Below, piece by piece: positions 37,201 through 52,200 of a DNA stretch of 64,000 nt. The stretch comes from Heterodontus francisci (Eukaryota). The stretch covers positions 5,518,001 through 5,582,000 of the forward strand of contig NC_090404.1 of the NCBI RefSeq assembly GCF_036365525.1. The letters are read 5' to 3'. Position 1 is the stretch's first letter. Each line of letters starts with the position of its first letter. A program made the position numbers and the translations under genes. A model generated the notes under the pieces. The model worked only from the letters and a program-made list of their open reading frames with translations, did no database searches and was not told the origin of the DNA.

Positions 37201-40200
37201 CACCCAGTCTCCAACACACTCTCAGACAGTGCATTCCAGATCTGAACCATTCACCCAGTCTCCAACACACTCTCAGACAGTGCATTCCAGATCTGAACCA
37301 TTCACCCAGTCTCCAACACACTCTCAGACAGTGCATTCCAGATCTGAACCACTCACCCAGTCTTCAACACACTCTCAGACAGTACATTCCACATCTGAAC
37401 CACTCACCCAGTCTCCAACACACTCTCAGACAGTGCATTCCTGATCTGAACCACTCACCCAGTCTCCAACACACTCTCAGACAGTACATTCCAGATCTGA
37501 ACCATTCACCCAGTCTCCAACACACTCTCAGGCAGTGTATTCCAGATCTGAACCACTCACCCAGTCTCCAACACACTCTCAGGCAGTGCATTCCAGATCT
37601 GAACCACTCACCCAGTCTCCAACATACTCTCAGACAGTACATTCCAGATCTGAACCACTCACCCAGTCTCCAACACACTCTCAGACAGTGCATTCCAGAT
37701 CTGAACCACTCACAGAGTCTCCAACACACTCTCAGACAGTGCATTCCAGATCTGAACCACTCACCCAGTCTCCAACACACTCTCAGGCAGTACATTCCAG
37801 ATCTGAACCACTCACCCAGTCTCCAACACACTCTCAGGCAGTACATTCCAGATCTGAACCACTCACCCAGTCTCCAACACACTCTCAGACAGTGCATTCC
37901 AGATCTGAACCATTCACCCAGTCTCCAACACACTCTCAGACAGTGCATTCCAGATCTGAACCATTCACCCAGTCTCCAACACACTCTCAGACAGTACATT
38001 CCAGATCTGAACCACTCACCCAGACTCCAACACACTCTCAGACAGTGCATTCCAGATCTGAACCACTCACCCAGTCTCCAACACACTCTCAGACAGTACA
38101 TTCCAGATCTGAACCATTCACCCAGTCTCCAACACACTCTCAGGCAGTATATTCCAGATCTGAACCACTCACCCAGTCTCCAACACACTCTCAGGCAGTA
38201 CATTCCAGATCTGAACCACTCACCCAGTCTCCAACACACTCTCAGGCAGTGCATTCCAGATCTGAACCACTCACCCAGTCTCCAACATACTCTCAGACAG
38301 TACATTCCAGATCTGAACCACTCACCCAGTCTCCAACACACTCTCAGACAGTGCATTCCAGATCTGAACCACTCACAGAGTCTCCAACACACTCTCAGGC
38401 AGTGCACTCCAGATCTGAACCACTCACCCAGTCTCCAACACACTCTCAGACAGTACATTCCAGATCTGAACCACTCACCCAGTCTCCAACACACTCTCAG
38501 ACAGTACATTCCAGATCTGAACCACTCACCCAGTCTCCAACACACTCTCAGACAGTGCATTCCAGATCTGAACCACTCACAGAGTCTCCAACACACTCTC
38601 AGGCAGTGCATTCCAGATCTGAACCACTCACCCAGTCTCCAACACACTCTCAGACAGTACATTCCAGATCTGAACCACTCACCCAGTCTCCAACACACTC
38701 TCAGACAGTGCATTCCAGATCTGAACCACTCACAGAGTCTCCAACACACTCTCAGGCAGTGCATTCCAGATCTGAACCACTCACCCAGTCTCCAACACAC
38801 TCTCAGGCAGTGCATTCCAGATCTGAACCACTCACCCAGTCTCCAACACACTCTCAGACAGTACATTCCAGATCTGAACCGCTCTCCCAGTCTCCAACAC
38901 ACTCTCAGGCAGTGCATTCCAGATCTGAACCACTCACCCAGTCTCCAACACACTCTCAGACAGTACATTCCAGATCTGAACGACTCACAGAGTCTCCAAC
39001 ACACTCTCAGACAGTGCATTCCAGATCTGAACCACTCACCCAGTCTCCAACACACTCTCAGGCAGTACATTCCAGATCTGAACCACTCACCCAGTCTCCA
39101 ACACACTCTCAGACAGTACATTCCAGATCTGAACCACTCACCCAGTCTCCAACACACTCTCAGACAGTACATTCCAGATCTGAACCACTCACCCAGTCTC
39201 CAACACACTCTCAGACAGTACATTCCAGATCTGAACCACTCACCCAGTCTCCAACACACTCTCAGACAGTACATTCCAGATCTGAACCACTCACCCAGTC
39301 TCCAACACACTCTCAGACAGTACATTCCAGATCGGAACCACTCACCCAGTCTCCAACACACTCTCAGACAGTACATTCCAGATCTGAACCACTCACCCAG
39401 TCTCCAACACACTCTCAGACAGTGCATTCCAGATCTGAACCACTCACCCAGTCTCCAACACACTCTCAGACAGTAGATTCCAGATCTGAACCATTCACCC
39501 AGTCTCCAACACACTCTCAGAAAGTGCATTCCAGATCTGAACCACTCACCCAGTCTCCAACACACTCTCAGACAGTGCATTCCAGATCTGAACCACTCAC
39601 CCAGTCTCCAACATACTCTCAGACAGTGCATTCCAGATCTGAACCATTCACCCAGTCTCCAACACACTCTCAGACAGTACATTCCAGATCTGAACCACTC
39701 ACCCAGTCTCCAACATACTCTCAGACAGTGCATTCCAGATCTGAACCATTCACCCAGTCTCCAACACACTCTCAGACAGTACATTCCAGATCTGAACCAC
39801 TCACCCAGTCTCCAATACACTCTCAGACAGTACATTCCAGATCTGAACCACTCGCCCAGTCTCCAATACACTCTCAGACAGTACATTCCAGATCTGAACC
39901 ACTCGCCCAGTCTCCAACATACTCTCAGACAGTACATTCCAGATCTGAACCATTCACCTAGTCTCCAACACACTCTCAGACAGTAGATTCCAGATCTGAA
40001 CCACTCACCCAGTCTCCAACACACTCTCAGACAGTGCATTCCAGATCTGAACCACTCACCCAGTCTCCAACACACTCTCAGACAGTGCATTCCAGATCTG
40101 AACCACTCACCCAGTCTCCAACACACTCTCAGACAGTACATTCCAGATCTGAACCATTCACCTAGTCTCCAACATACTCTCAGACAGTGCATTCCAGATC

Positions 40201-43200
40201 TGAACCATTCACCCAGTCTCCAACACACTCTCAGGCAGTACATTCCAGATCTGAACCATTCACCCAGTCTCCAACACACTCTCAGACAGTACATTCCAGA
40301 TCTGAACCATTCACCCAGTCTCCAACACACTCTCAGGCAGTGCATTCCAGATCTGAACCACTCACCCAGTCTCCAACACACTCTCAGACAGTACATTCCA
40401 GATCTGAACCATTCACCCAGTCTCCAACACACTCTCAGACAGTGCATTCCAGATCTGAACCACTCACCCAGTCTCCAATACACTCTCAGACAGTGCATTC
40501 CAGATCTGAACCACTCACCCAGTCTCCAACACACTCTCAGACAGTACATTCCAGATCTGAACCATTCACCCAGTCTCCAACACACTCTCAGACAGTGCAT
40601 TCCAGATCTGAACCATTCACCCAGTCTCCAACACACTCTCAGGCAGTACATTCCAGAACTGAACCATTCACCCAGTCTCCAATACACTCTCAGACAGTGC
40701 ATTCCAGATCTGAACCACTCACCCAGTCTCCAACACACTCTCAGGCAGTGCATTCCAGATCTGAACCACTCACCCAGCCACCAACACACTCTCAGACAGT
40801 ACATTCCAAATCTGAACCACTCACCCAGTCTCCAACACACTCTCAGGCAGTACATTCCAGATCTGAACCACTCACCCAGTCTCCAACACACTCTCAGGCA
40901 GTACATTCCAGATCTGAACCACTCACCCAGTCTCCAACACACTCTCAGGCAGTGCATTCCAGATCTGAACCACTCACCCAGCCACCAACACACTCTCAGA
41001 CAGTACATTCCAGATCTGAACCACTCACCCAGTCTCCAACACACTCTCAGACAGTGCATTCCAGATCTGAACCATTCACCCAGTCTCCAACACACTCTCA
41101 GGCAGTACATTCCAGATCTGAACCATTCACCCAGTCTCCAATACACTCTCAGACAGTGCATTCCAGATCTGAACCACTCACCCAGTCTCCAACATACTCT
41201 CAGACAGTACATTCCAGATCTGAACCACTCACCCAGTCTCCAACACACTCTCAGACAGTGCATTCCAGATCTGAACCACTCACAGAGTCTCCAACACACT
41301 CTCAGACAGTACATTCCAGATCTGAATCACTCACCTAGTCTCCAACACACTCTCAGACAGTGCATTCCAGATCTGAACCACTCACCCAGTCTCCAACACA
41401 CTCTCAGGCAGTGCATTCCAGATCTGAACCACTCACCCAGTCTCCAACACACTCTCAGACAGTACATTCCAGATCTGAACCACTCACCCAGTCTCCAACA
41501 CACTCTCAGACAGTGCATTCCAGATCTGAACCACTCACCCAGTCTCCAACACACTCTCAGGCAGTGCATTCCAGATCTGAACCACTCACCCAGCCACCAA
41601 CACACTCTCAGACAGTACATTCCAGATCTGAACCACTCACCCAGTCTCCAACACACTCTCAGGCAGTACATCCCAGATCTGAACCACTCACCCAGTCTCC
41701 AACACACTCTCAGGCAGTACATTCCAGATCTGAACCACTCACCCAGTCTCCAACACACTCTCAGACAGTACATTCCAGATCTGAACCACTCACCCAGTCT
41801 CCAACACACTCTCAGACAGTGCATTCCAGATCTGAACCACTCACCCAGTCTCCAACACACTCTCAGACAGTAGATTTCAGATCTGAACCATTCACCCAGT
41901 CTCCAACACACTCTCAGACAGTGCATTCCAGATCTGAACCACTCACCCAGTCTCCAACACACTCTCAGACAGTGCATTCCAGATCTGAACCACTCACCCA
42001 GTCTCCAACATACTCTCAGACAGTGCATTCAAGATCTGAACCATTCACCCAGTCTCCAACACACTCTCAGACAGTACATTCCAGATCTGAACCACTCACC
42101 CAGTCTCCAATACACTCTCAGACAGTACATTCCAGATCTGAACCACTCGCCCAGTCTCCAATACACTCTCAGACAGTACATTCCAGATCTGAACCACTCG
42201 ACCAGTCTCCAACATACTCTCAGACAGTACATTCCAGATCTGAACCATTCACCTAGTCTCCAACACACTCTCAGACAGTATATTCCAGATCTGAACTACT
42301 CACCCAGTCTCCAACACACTCTCAGACAGTGCATTCCAGATCTGAACCACTCACCCAGTCTCCAACACACTCTCAGACAGTACATTCCAGATCTGAACCA
42401 TTCACCTAGTCTCCAACATACTCTCAGACAGTGCATTCCAGATCTGAACCATTCACCCAGTCTCCAACACACTCTCAGGCAGTACATTCCAGATCTGAAC
42501 CATTCACCCAGTCTCCAACACACTCTCAGACAGTACATTCCAGATCTGAACCATTCACCCAGTCTCCAACACACTCTCAGGCAGTGCATTCCAGATCTGA
42601 ACCACTCACCCAGTCTCCAATACACTCTCAGACAGTACATTCCAGATCTGAACCACTCACCCAGTCTCCAACACACTCTCAGACAGTACATTCCAGATCT
42701 GAACCATTCACCCAGTCTCCAACACACTCTCAGACAGTGCATTCCAGATCTGAACCATTCACCCAGTCTCCAACACACTCTCAGGCAGTACATTCCAGAT
42801 CTGAACCATTCACCCAGTCTCCAACACACTCTCAGACAGTACATTCCAGATCTGAACCATTCACCCAGTCTCCAACACACTCTCAGGCAGTGCATTCCAG
42901 ATCTGAACCACTCACCCAGTCTCCAACACACTCTCAGACAGTACATTCCAGATCTGAACCACTCACCCAGTCTCCAACACACTCTCAGGCAGTGCATTCC
43001 AGATCTGAACCACTCACCCAGTCTCCAACACACTCTCAGACAGTACATTCCAGATCTGAACCACTCACCCAGTCTCCAATACAATCTCAGGCAGTGCATT
43101 CCAGATCTGAACCACTCACCCAGTCTCCAACACACTCTCAGACAGTACATTCCAGATCTGAACCATTCACCCAGTCTCCAACACACTCTCAGACAGTACA

Positions 43201-46200
43201 TTCCAGATCTGAACCATTCACCCAGTCTCCAACACACTCTCAGACAGTACATTCCAGATCTGAACCACTCACCCAGTCTCCAACATACTCTCAGACAGTG
43301 CATTCCAGATCTGAACCATTCACCCAGTCTCCAACACACTCTCAGACAGTACATTCCAGATCTGAACCACTCACCCAGTCTCCAACATACTCTCAGACAG
43401 TGCATTCCAGATCTGAACCACTCACCCAGTCTCCAATACACTCTCAGACAGTACATTCCAGATCTGAACCATTCACCCAGTCTCCAACACACTTTCAGAC
43501 AGTACATTCCAGAACTGAACCATTCACCCAGTCTCCAACACACTCTCAGACAGTACATTCCAGATCTGAACCACTCACCCAGTCTCCAATACAATCTCAG
43601 GCAGTGCATTCCAGATCTGAACCACTCACCCAGTCTCCAACACACTCTCAGACAGTACATTCCAGATCTGAACCATTCACCCAGTCTCCAACACACTCTC
43701 AGACAGTGCATTCCAGATCTGAACCATTCACCCAGTCTCCAACACACTCTCAGACAGTGCATTCCAGATCTGAACCATTCACCCAGTCTCCAACACACTC
43801 TCAGACAGTACATTCCAGATCTGAACCATTCACCCAGTCTCCAACACACTCTCAGACAGTACATTCCAGATCTGAACCACTCACCCAGTCTCCAACACAC
43901 TCTCAGACAGTACATTCCAGATCTGAACCATTCACCCAGTCTCCAACACACTCTCAGACAGTGCATTCCAGATCTGAACCATTCACCCAGTCTCCAACAC
44001 ACTCTCAGACAGTACATTCCAGATCTGAACCACTCACCCAGTCTCCAACACACTCTCAGACAGTACATTCCAGATCTGAACCATTCACCCAGTCTCCAAC
44101 ACACTCTCAGACAGTGCATTCCAGATCTGAACCATTCACCCAGTCTCCAACACACTCTCAGACAGTACATTCCAGATCTGAACCACTCACCCAGTCTCCC
44201 ATACACTCTCAGACAGTACATTCCAGATCTGAACCACTCACCCAGTCTCCCATACACTCTCAGACAGTACATTCCAGATCTGAACCACTCACCCAGTCTC
44301 CCATACACTCTCAGACAGTACATTCCAGATCTGAACCATTCACCCAGTCTCCAACACACTCTCAGACAGTACATTCCAGATCTGAACCACTCACCCAGTC
44401 TCCCATACAATCTCAGACAGTACATTCCAGATCTGAACCACTCACCCAGTCTCCAACATACTCTCAGACAGTGCATTCCAGATCTGAACCACTCACCCAG
44501 TCTCCAACACACTCTCAGACAGTACATTCCAGATCTGAACCACTCACCCAGTCTCCAACACACTCTCAGAGAGTACATTCCAGATCTGAACCACTCACCC
44601 AGTCTCCAACATACTCTCAGACAGTACATTCCAGATCTGAACCACTCACCCAGTCTCCAACACACTCTCAGACAGTACATTCCAGATCTGAACCACTCAC
44701 CCAGTCTCCAACACACTCTCAGACAGTACATTCCAGATCTGAACCACTCACCCAGTCTCCAACATACTCTCAGACAGTACATTCCAGATCTGAACCATTC
44801 ACCCAGTCTCCAACACACTCTCAGACAGTACATTCCAGATCTGAACCACTCACCCAGTCTCCCATACACTCTCAGACAGTACATTCCAGATCTGAACCAC
44901 TCACCCAGTCTCCAACATACTCTCAGACAGTGCATTCCAGATCTGAACCACTCACCCAGTCTCCAACACACTCTCAGACAGTACATTCCAGATCTGAACC
45001 ACTCACCCAGTCTCCAACACACTCTCAGACAGTACATTCCAGATCTGAACCACTCACCCAGTCTCCAACATACTCTCAGACAGTACATTCCAGATCTGAA
45101 CCACTCACCCAGTCTCCAACACACTCTCAGACAGTACATTCCAGATCTGAACCACTCACCCAGTCTCCAACATACTCTCAGACAGTGCATTCCAGATCTG
45201 AACCATTCACCCAGTCTCCAACACACTCTCAGGCAGTACATTCCAGATCTGAACCATTCACCCAGTCTCCAATACACTCTCAGACAGTGCATTCCAGATC
45301 TGAACCACTCACCCAGTCTCCAACATACTCTCAGACAGTACATTCCAGATCTGAACCACTCACCCAGTCTCCAACACACTCTCAGACAGTGCATTCCAGA
45401 TCTGAACCACTCACAGAGTCTCCAACACACTCTCAGACAGTACATTCCAGATCTGAATCACTCACCTAGTCTCCAACACACTCTCAGACAGTGCATTCCA
45501 GATCTGAACCACTCACCCAGTCTCCAACACACTCTCAGGCAGTGCATTCCAGATCTGAACCACTCACCCAGTCTCCAACACACTCTCAGACAGTACATTC
45601 CAGATCTGAACCACTCACCCAGTCTCCAACACACTCTCAGACAGTGCATTCCAGATCTGAACCACTCACCCAGTCTCCAACACACTCTCAGGCAGTGCAT
45701 TCCAGATCTGAACCACTCACCCAGCCACCAACACACTCTCAGACAGTACATTCCAGATCTGAACCACTCACCCAGTCTCCAACACACTCTCAGGCAGTAC
45801 ATTCCAGATCTGAACCACTCACCCAGTCTCCAACACACTCTCAGGCAGTACATTCCAGATCTGAACCACTCACCCAGTCTCCAACACACTCTCAGACAGT
45901 ACATTCCAGATCTGAACCACTCACCCAGTCTCCAACACACTCTCAGACAGTGCATTCCAGATCTGAACCACTCACCCAGTCTCCAACACACTCTCAGACA
46001 GTAGATTTCAGATCTGAACCATTCACCCAGTCTCCAACACACTCTCAGACAGTGCATTCCAGATCTGAACCACTCACCCAGTCTCCAACACACTCTCAGA
46101 CAGTGCATTCCAGATCTGAACCACTCACCCAGTCTCCAACATACTCTCAGACAGTGCATTCAAGATCTGAACCATTCACCCAGTCTCCAACACACTCTCA

Positions 46201-49200
46201 GACAGTACATTCCAGATCTGAACCACTCACCCAGTCTCCAATACACTCTCAGACAGTACATTCCAGATCTGAACCACTCGCCCAGTCTCCAATACACTCT
46301 CAGACAGTACATTCCAGATCTGAACCACTCGACCAGTCTCCAACATACTCTCAGACAGTACATTCCAGATCTGAACCATTCACCTAGTCTCCAACACACT
46401 CTCAGACAGTATATTCCAGATCTGAACTACTCACCCAGTCTCCAACACACTCTCAGACAGTGCATTCCAGATCTGAACCACTCACCCAGTCTCCAACACA
46501 CTCTCAGACAGTACATTCCAGATCTGAACCATTCACCTAGTCTCCAACATACTCTCAGACAGTGCATTCCAGATCTGAACCATTCACCCAGTCTCCAACA
46601 CACTCTCAGGCAGTACATTCCAGATCTGAACCATTCACCCAGTCTCCAACACACTCTCAGACAGTACATTCCAGATCTGAACCATTCACCCAGTCTCCAA
46701 CACACTCTCAGGCAGTGCATTCCAGATCTGAACCACTCACCCAGTCTCCAACACACTCTCAGACAGTACATTCCAGATCTGAACCACTCACCCAGTCTCC
46801 AACACACTCTCAGACAGTACATTCCAGATCTGAACCATTCACCCAGTCTCCAACACACTCTCAGACAGTGCATTCCAGATCTGAACCACTCACCCAGTCT
46901 CCAATACACTCTCAGACAGTGCATTCCAGATCTGAACCACTCACCCAGTCTCCAACACACTCTCAGACAGTACATTCCAGATCTGAACCATTCACCCAGT
47001 CTCCAACACACTCTCAGACAGTGCATTCCAGATCTGAACCATTCACCCAGTCTCCAACACACTCTCAGGCAGTACATTCCAGATCTGAACCATTCACCCA
47101 GTCTCCAACACACTCTCAGACAGTACATTCCAGATCTGAACCATTCACCCAGTCTCCAACACACTCTCAGGCAGTGCATTCCAGATCTGAACCACTCACC
47201 CAGTCTCCAACACACTCTCAGACAGTACATTCCAGATCTGAACCACTCACCCAGTCTCCAACACACTCTCAGGCAGTGCATTCCAGATCTGAACCACTCA
47301 CCCAGTCTCCAACACACTCTCAGACAGTACATTCCAGATCTGAACCACTCACCCAGTCTCCAATACAATCTCAGGCAGTGCATTCCAGATCTGAACCACT
47401 CACCCAGTCTCCAACACACTCTCAGACAGTACATTCCAGATCTGAACCATTCACCCAGTCTCCAACACACTCTCAGACAGTACATTCCAGATCTGAACCA
47501 TTCACCCAGTCTCCAACACACTCTCAGACAGTACATTCCAGATCTGAACCACTCACCCAGTCTCCAACATACTCTCAGACAGTGCATTCCAGATCTGAAC
47601 CATTCACCCAGTCTCCAACACACTCTCAGACAGTACATTCCAGATCTGAACCACTCACCCAGTCTCCAACATACTCTCAGACAGTGCATTCCAGATCTGA
47701 ACCACTCACCCAGTCTCCAATACACTCTCAGACAGTACATTCCAGATCTGAACCATTCACCCAGTCTCCAACACACTTTCAGACAGTACATTCCAGAACT
47801 GAACCATTCACCCAGTCTCCAACACACTCTCAGACAGTACATTCCAGATCTGAACCACTCACCCAGTCTCCAATACAATCTCAGGCAGTGCATTCCAGAT
47901 CTGAACCACTCACCCAGTCTCCAACACACTCTCAGACAGTACATTCCAGATCTGAACCATTCACCCAGTCTCCAACACACTCTCAGACAGTGCATTCCAG
48001 ATCTGAACCATTCACCCAGTCTCCAACACACTCTCAGACAGTGCATTCCAGATCTGAACCATTCACCCAGTCTCCAACACACTCTCAGACAGTACATTCC
48101 AGATCTGAACCATTCACCCAGTCTCCAACACACTCTCAGACAGTACATTCCAGATCTGAACCACTCACCCAGTCTCCAACACACTCTCAGACAGTACATT
48201 CCAGATCTGAACCATTCACCCAGTCTCCAACACACTCTCAGACAGTGCATTCCAGATCTGAACCATTCACCCAGTCTCCAACACACTCTCAGACAGTACA
48301 TTCCAGATCTGAACCACTCACCCAGTCTCCAACACACTCTCAGACAGTACATTCCAGATCTGAACCATTCACCCAGTCTCCAACACACTCTCAGACAGTG
48401 CATTCCAGATCTGAACCATTCACCCAGTCTCCAACACACTCTCAGACAGTACATTCCAGATCTGAACCACTCACCCAGTCTCCCATACACTCTCAGACAG
48501 TACATTCCAGATCTGAACCACTCACCCAGTCTCCCATACACTCTCAGACAGTACATTCCAGATCTGAACCACTCACCCAGTCTCCCATACACTCTCAGAC
48601 AGTACATTCCAGATCTGAACCATTCACCCAGTCTCCAACACACTCTCAGACAGTACATTCCAGATCTGAACCACTCACCCAGTCTCCCATACAATCTCAG
48701 ACAGTACATTCCAGATCTGAACCACTCACCCAGTCTCCAACATACTCTCAGACAGTGCATTCCAGATCTGAACCACTCACCCAGTCTCCAACACACTCTC
48801 AGACAGTACATTCCAGATCTGAACCACTCACCCAGTCTCCAACACACTCTCAGAGAGTACATTCCAGATCTGAACCACTCACCCAGTCTCCAACATACTC
48901 TCAGACAGTACATTCCAGATCTGAACCACTCACCCAGTCTCCAACACACTCTCAGACAGTACATTCCAGATCTGAACCACTCACCCAGTCTCCAACACAC
49001 TCTCAGACAGTACATTCCAGATCTGAACCACTCACCCAGTCTCCAACATACTCTCAGACAGTACATTCCAGATCTGAACCATTCACCCAGTCTCCAACAC
49101 ACTCTCAGACAGTACATTCCAGATCTGAACCACTCACCCAGTCTCCCATACACTCTCAGACAGTACATTCCAGATCTGAACCACTCACCCAGTCTCCAAC

Positions 49201-52200
49201 ATACTCTCAGACAGTGCATTCCAGATCTGAACCACTCACCCAGTCTCCAACACACTCTCAGACAGTACATTCCAGATCTGAACCACTCACCCAGTCTCCA
49301 ACACACTCTCAGACAGTACATTCCAGATCTGAACCACTCACCCAGTCTCCAACATACTCTCAGACAGTACATTCCAGATCTGAACCACTCACCCAGTCTC
49401 CAACACACTCTCAGACAGTACATTCCAGATCTGAACCACTCACCCAGTCTCCAACATACTCTCAGACAGTACATTCCAGATCTGAACCACTCACCCAGTC
49501 TCCAACACACTCTCAGACAGTACATTCCAGATCTGAACCACTCACCCAGTCTCCCATACACTCTCAGACAGTACATTCCAGATCTGAACCACTCACCCGG
49601 TCTCCCATACACTCTCAGACAGTACATTCCAGATCTGAACCACTCACCCAGTCTCCAACATACTCTCAGACAGTGCATTCCAGATCTGAACCACTCACCC
49701 AGTCTCCAACACACTCTCAGACAGTACATTCCAGATCTGAACCACTCACCCAGTCTCCAACACACTCTCAGACAGTACATTCCAGATCTGAACCACTCAC
49801 CCAGTCTCCAACACACTCTCAGACAGTACATTCCAGATCTGAACCACTCACCCAGTCTCCCATACACTCTCAGACAGTACATTCCAGATCTGAACCACTC
49901 ACCCAGTCTCCAACACACTCTCAGACAGTACATTCCAGATCTGAACCACTCACCCAGTCTCCCATACACTCTCAGACAGTACATTCCAGATCTGAACCAC
50001 TCACCCAGTCTCCAACACACTCTCAGACAGTACATTCCAGATCTGAACCACTCACCCAGTCTCCCATACACTCTCAGACAGTACATTCCAGATCTGAACC
50101 ACTCACCCAGTCTCCAACATACTCTCAGACAGTGCATTCCAGATCTGAACCACTCACCCAGTCTCCCATACACTCTCAGACAGTACATTCCAGATCTGAA
50201 CCACTCACCCAGTCTCCAACATACTCTCAGACAGTGCATTCCAGATCTGAACCACTCACCCAGTCTCCCATACACTCTCAGACAGTACATTCCAGATCTG
50301 AACCACTCACCCAGTCTCCAACACACTCTCAGACAGTACATTCCAGATCTGAACCACTCACCCAGTCTCCCATACACTCTCAGACAGTACATTCCAGATC
50401 TGAACCACTCACCCAGTCTCCAATACAATCTCAGGCAGTACATTCCAGATCTGAACCACTCACCCAGTCTCCAATACAATCTCAGGCAGTGCATTCCAGA
50501 TCTGAACCACTCACCCAGTCTCCAACACACTCTCAGACAGTACATTCCAGATCTGAACCACTCACCCAGTCTCCAACACACTCTCAGACAGTACATTCCA
50601 GATCTGAACCACTCACCCAGTCTCCCATACACTCTCAGACAGTACATTCCAGATCTGAACCACTCACCCAGTCTCCAATACAATCTCAGACAGTACATTC
50701 CAGATCTGAACCACTCACCCAGTCTCCAATACAATCTCAGGCAGTGCATTCCAGATCTGAACCACTCACCCAGTCTCCAATACAATCTCAGGCAGTGCAT
50801 TCCAGATCTGAACCACTCACCCAGTCTCCCATACACTCTCAGACAGTACATTCCAGATCTGAACCACTCACCCAGTCTCCAATACAATCTCAGGCAGTGC
50901 ATTCCAGATCTGAACCACTCACCCAGTCTCCCATACACTCTCAGACAGTACATTCCAGATCTGAACCACTCACCCAGTCTCCAACACACTCTCAGACAGT
51001 ACATTCCAGATCTGAACCATTCACCCAGTCTCCAACACACTCTCAGACAGTACATTCCAGATCTGAACCACTCACCCAGTCTCCCATACACTCTCAGACA
51101 GTACATTCCAGATCTGAACCACTCACCCAGTCTCCAATACAATCTCAGGCAGTACATTCCAGATCTGAACCACTCACCCAGTCTCCAATACAATCTCAGG
51201 AAGTGCATTCCAGATCTGAACCACTCACCCAGTCTCCAACACACTCTCAGACAGTACATTCCAGATCTGAACCACTCACCCAGTCTCCAACACACTCTCA
51301 GACAGTACATTCCAGATCTGAACCACTCACCCAGTCTCCCATACACTCTCAGACAGTACATTCCAGATCTGAACCACTCACCCAGTCTCCAATACAATCT
51401 CAGACAGTACATTCCAGATCTGAACCACTCACCCAGTCTCCAATACAATCTCAGGCAGTGCATTCCAGATCTGAACCACTCACCCAGTCTCCAATACAAT
51501 CTCAGGCAGTGCATTCCAGATCTGAACCACTCACCCAGTCTCCCATACACTCTCAGACAGTACATTCCAGATCTGAACCACTCACCCAGTCTCCAATACA
51601 ATCTCAGGCAGTGCATTCCAGATCTGAACCACTCACCCAGTCTCCCATACACTCTCAGACAGTACATTCCAGATCTGAACCACTCACCCAGTCTCCAACA
51701 CACTCTCAGACAGTACATTCCAGATCTGAACCATTCACCCAGTCTCCAACACACTCTCAGACAGTACATTCCAGATCTGAACCACTCACCCAGTCTCCCA
51801 TACACTCTCAGACAGTACATTCCAGATCTGAACCACTCACCCAGTCTCCAATACAATCTCAGGCAGTGCATTCCAGATCTGAACCACTCACCCAGTCTCC
51901 AACACACTCTCAGACAGTACATTCCAGATCTGAACCACTCACCCAGTCTCCAACACACTCTCAGGCAGTACATTCCAGATCTGAACCATTCACCCAGTCT
52001 CCATCACACTCTCAGACAGTACATTCCAGATCTGAACCACTCACCCAGTCTCCAACACACTCTCAGGCAGTGCATTCCAGATCTGAACACTCACCCAGTC
52101 TCCAACACACTCTCAGACAGTACATTCCAGATCTGAACCATTCACCCAGTCTCCAACACACTCTCAGACAGTACATTCCAGATCTGAACCATTCACCCAG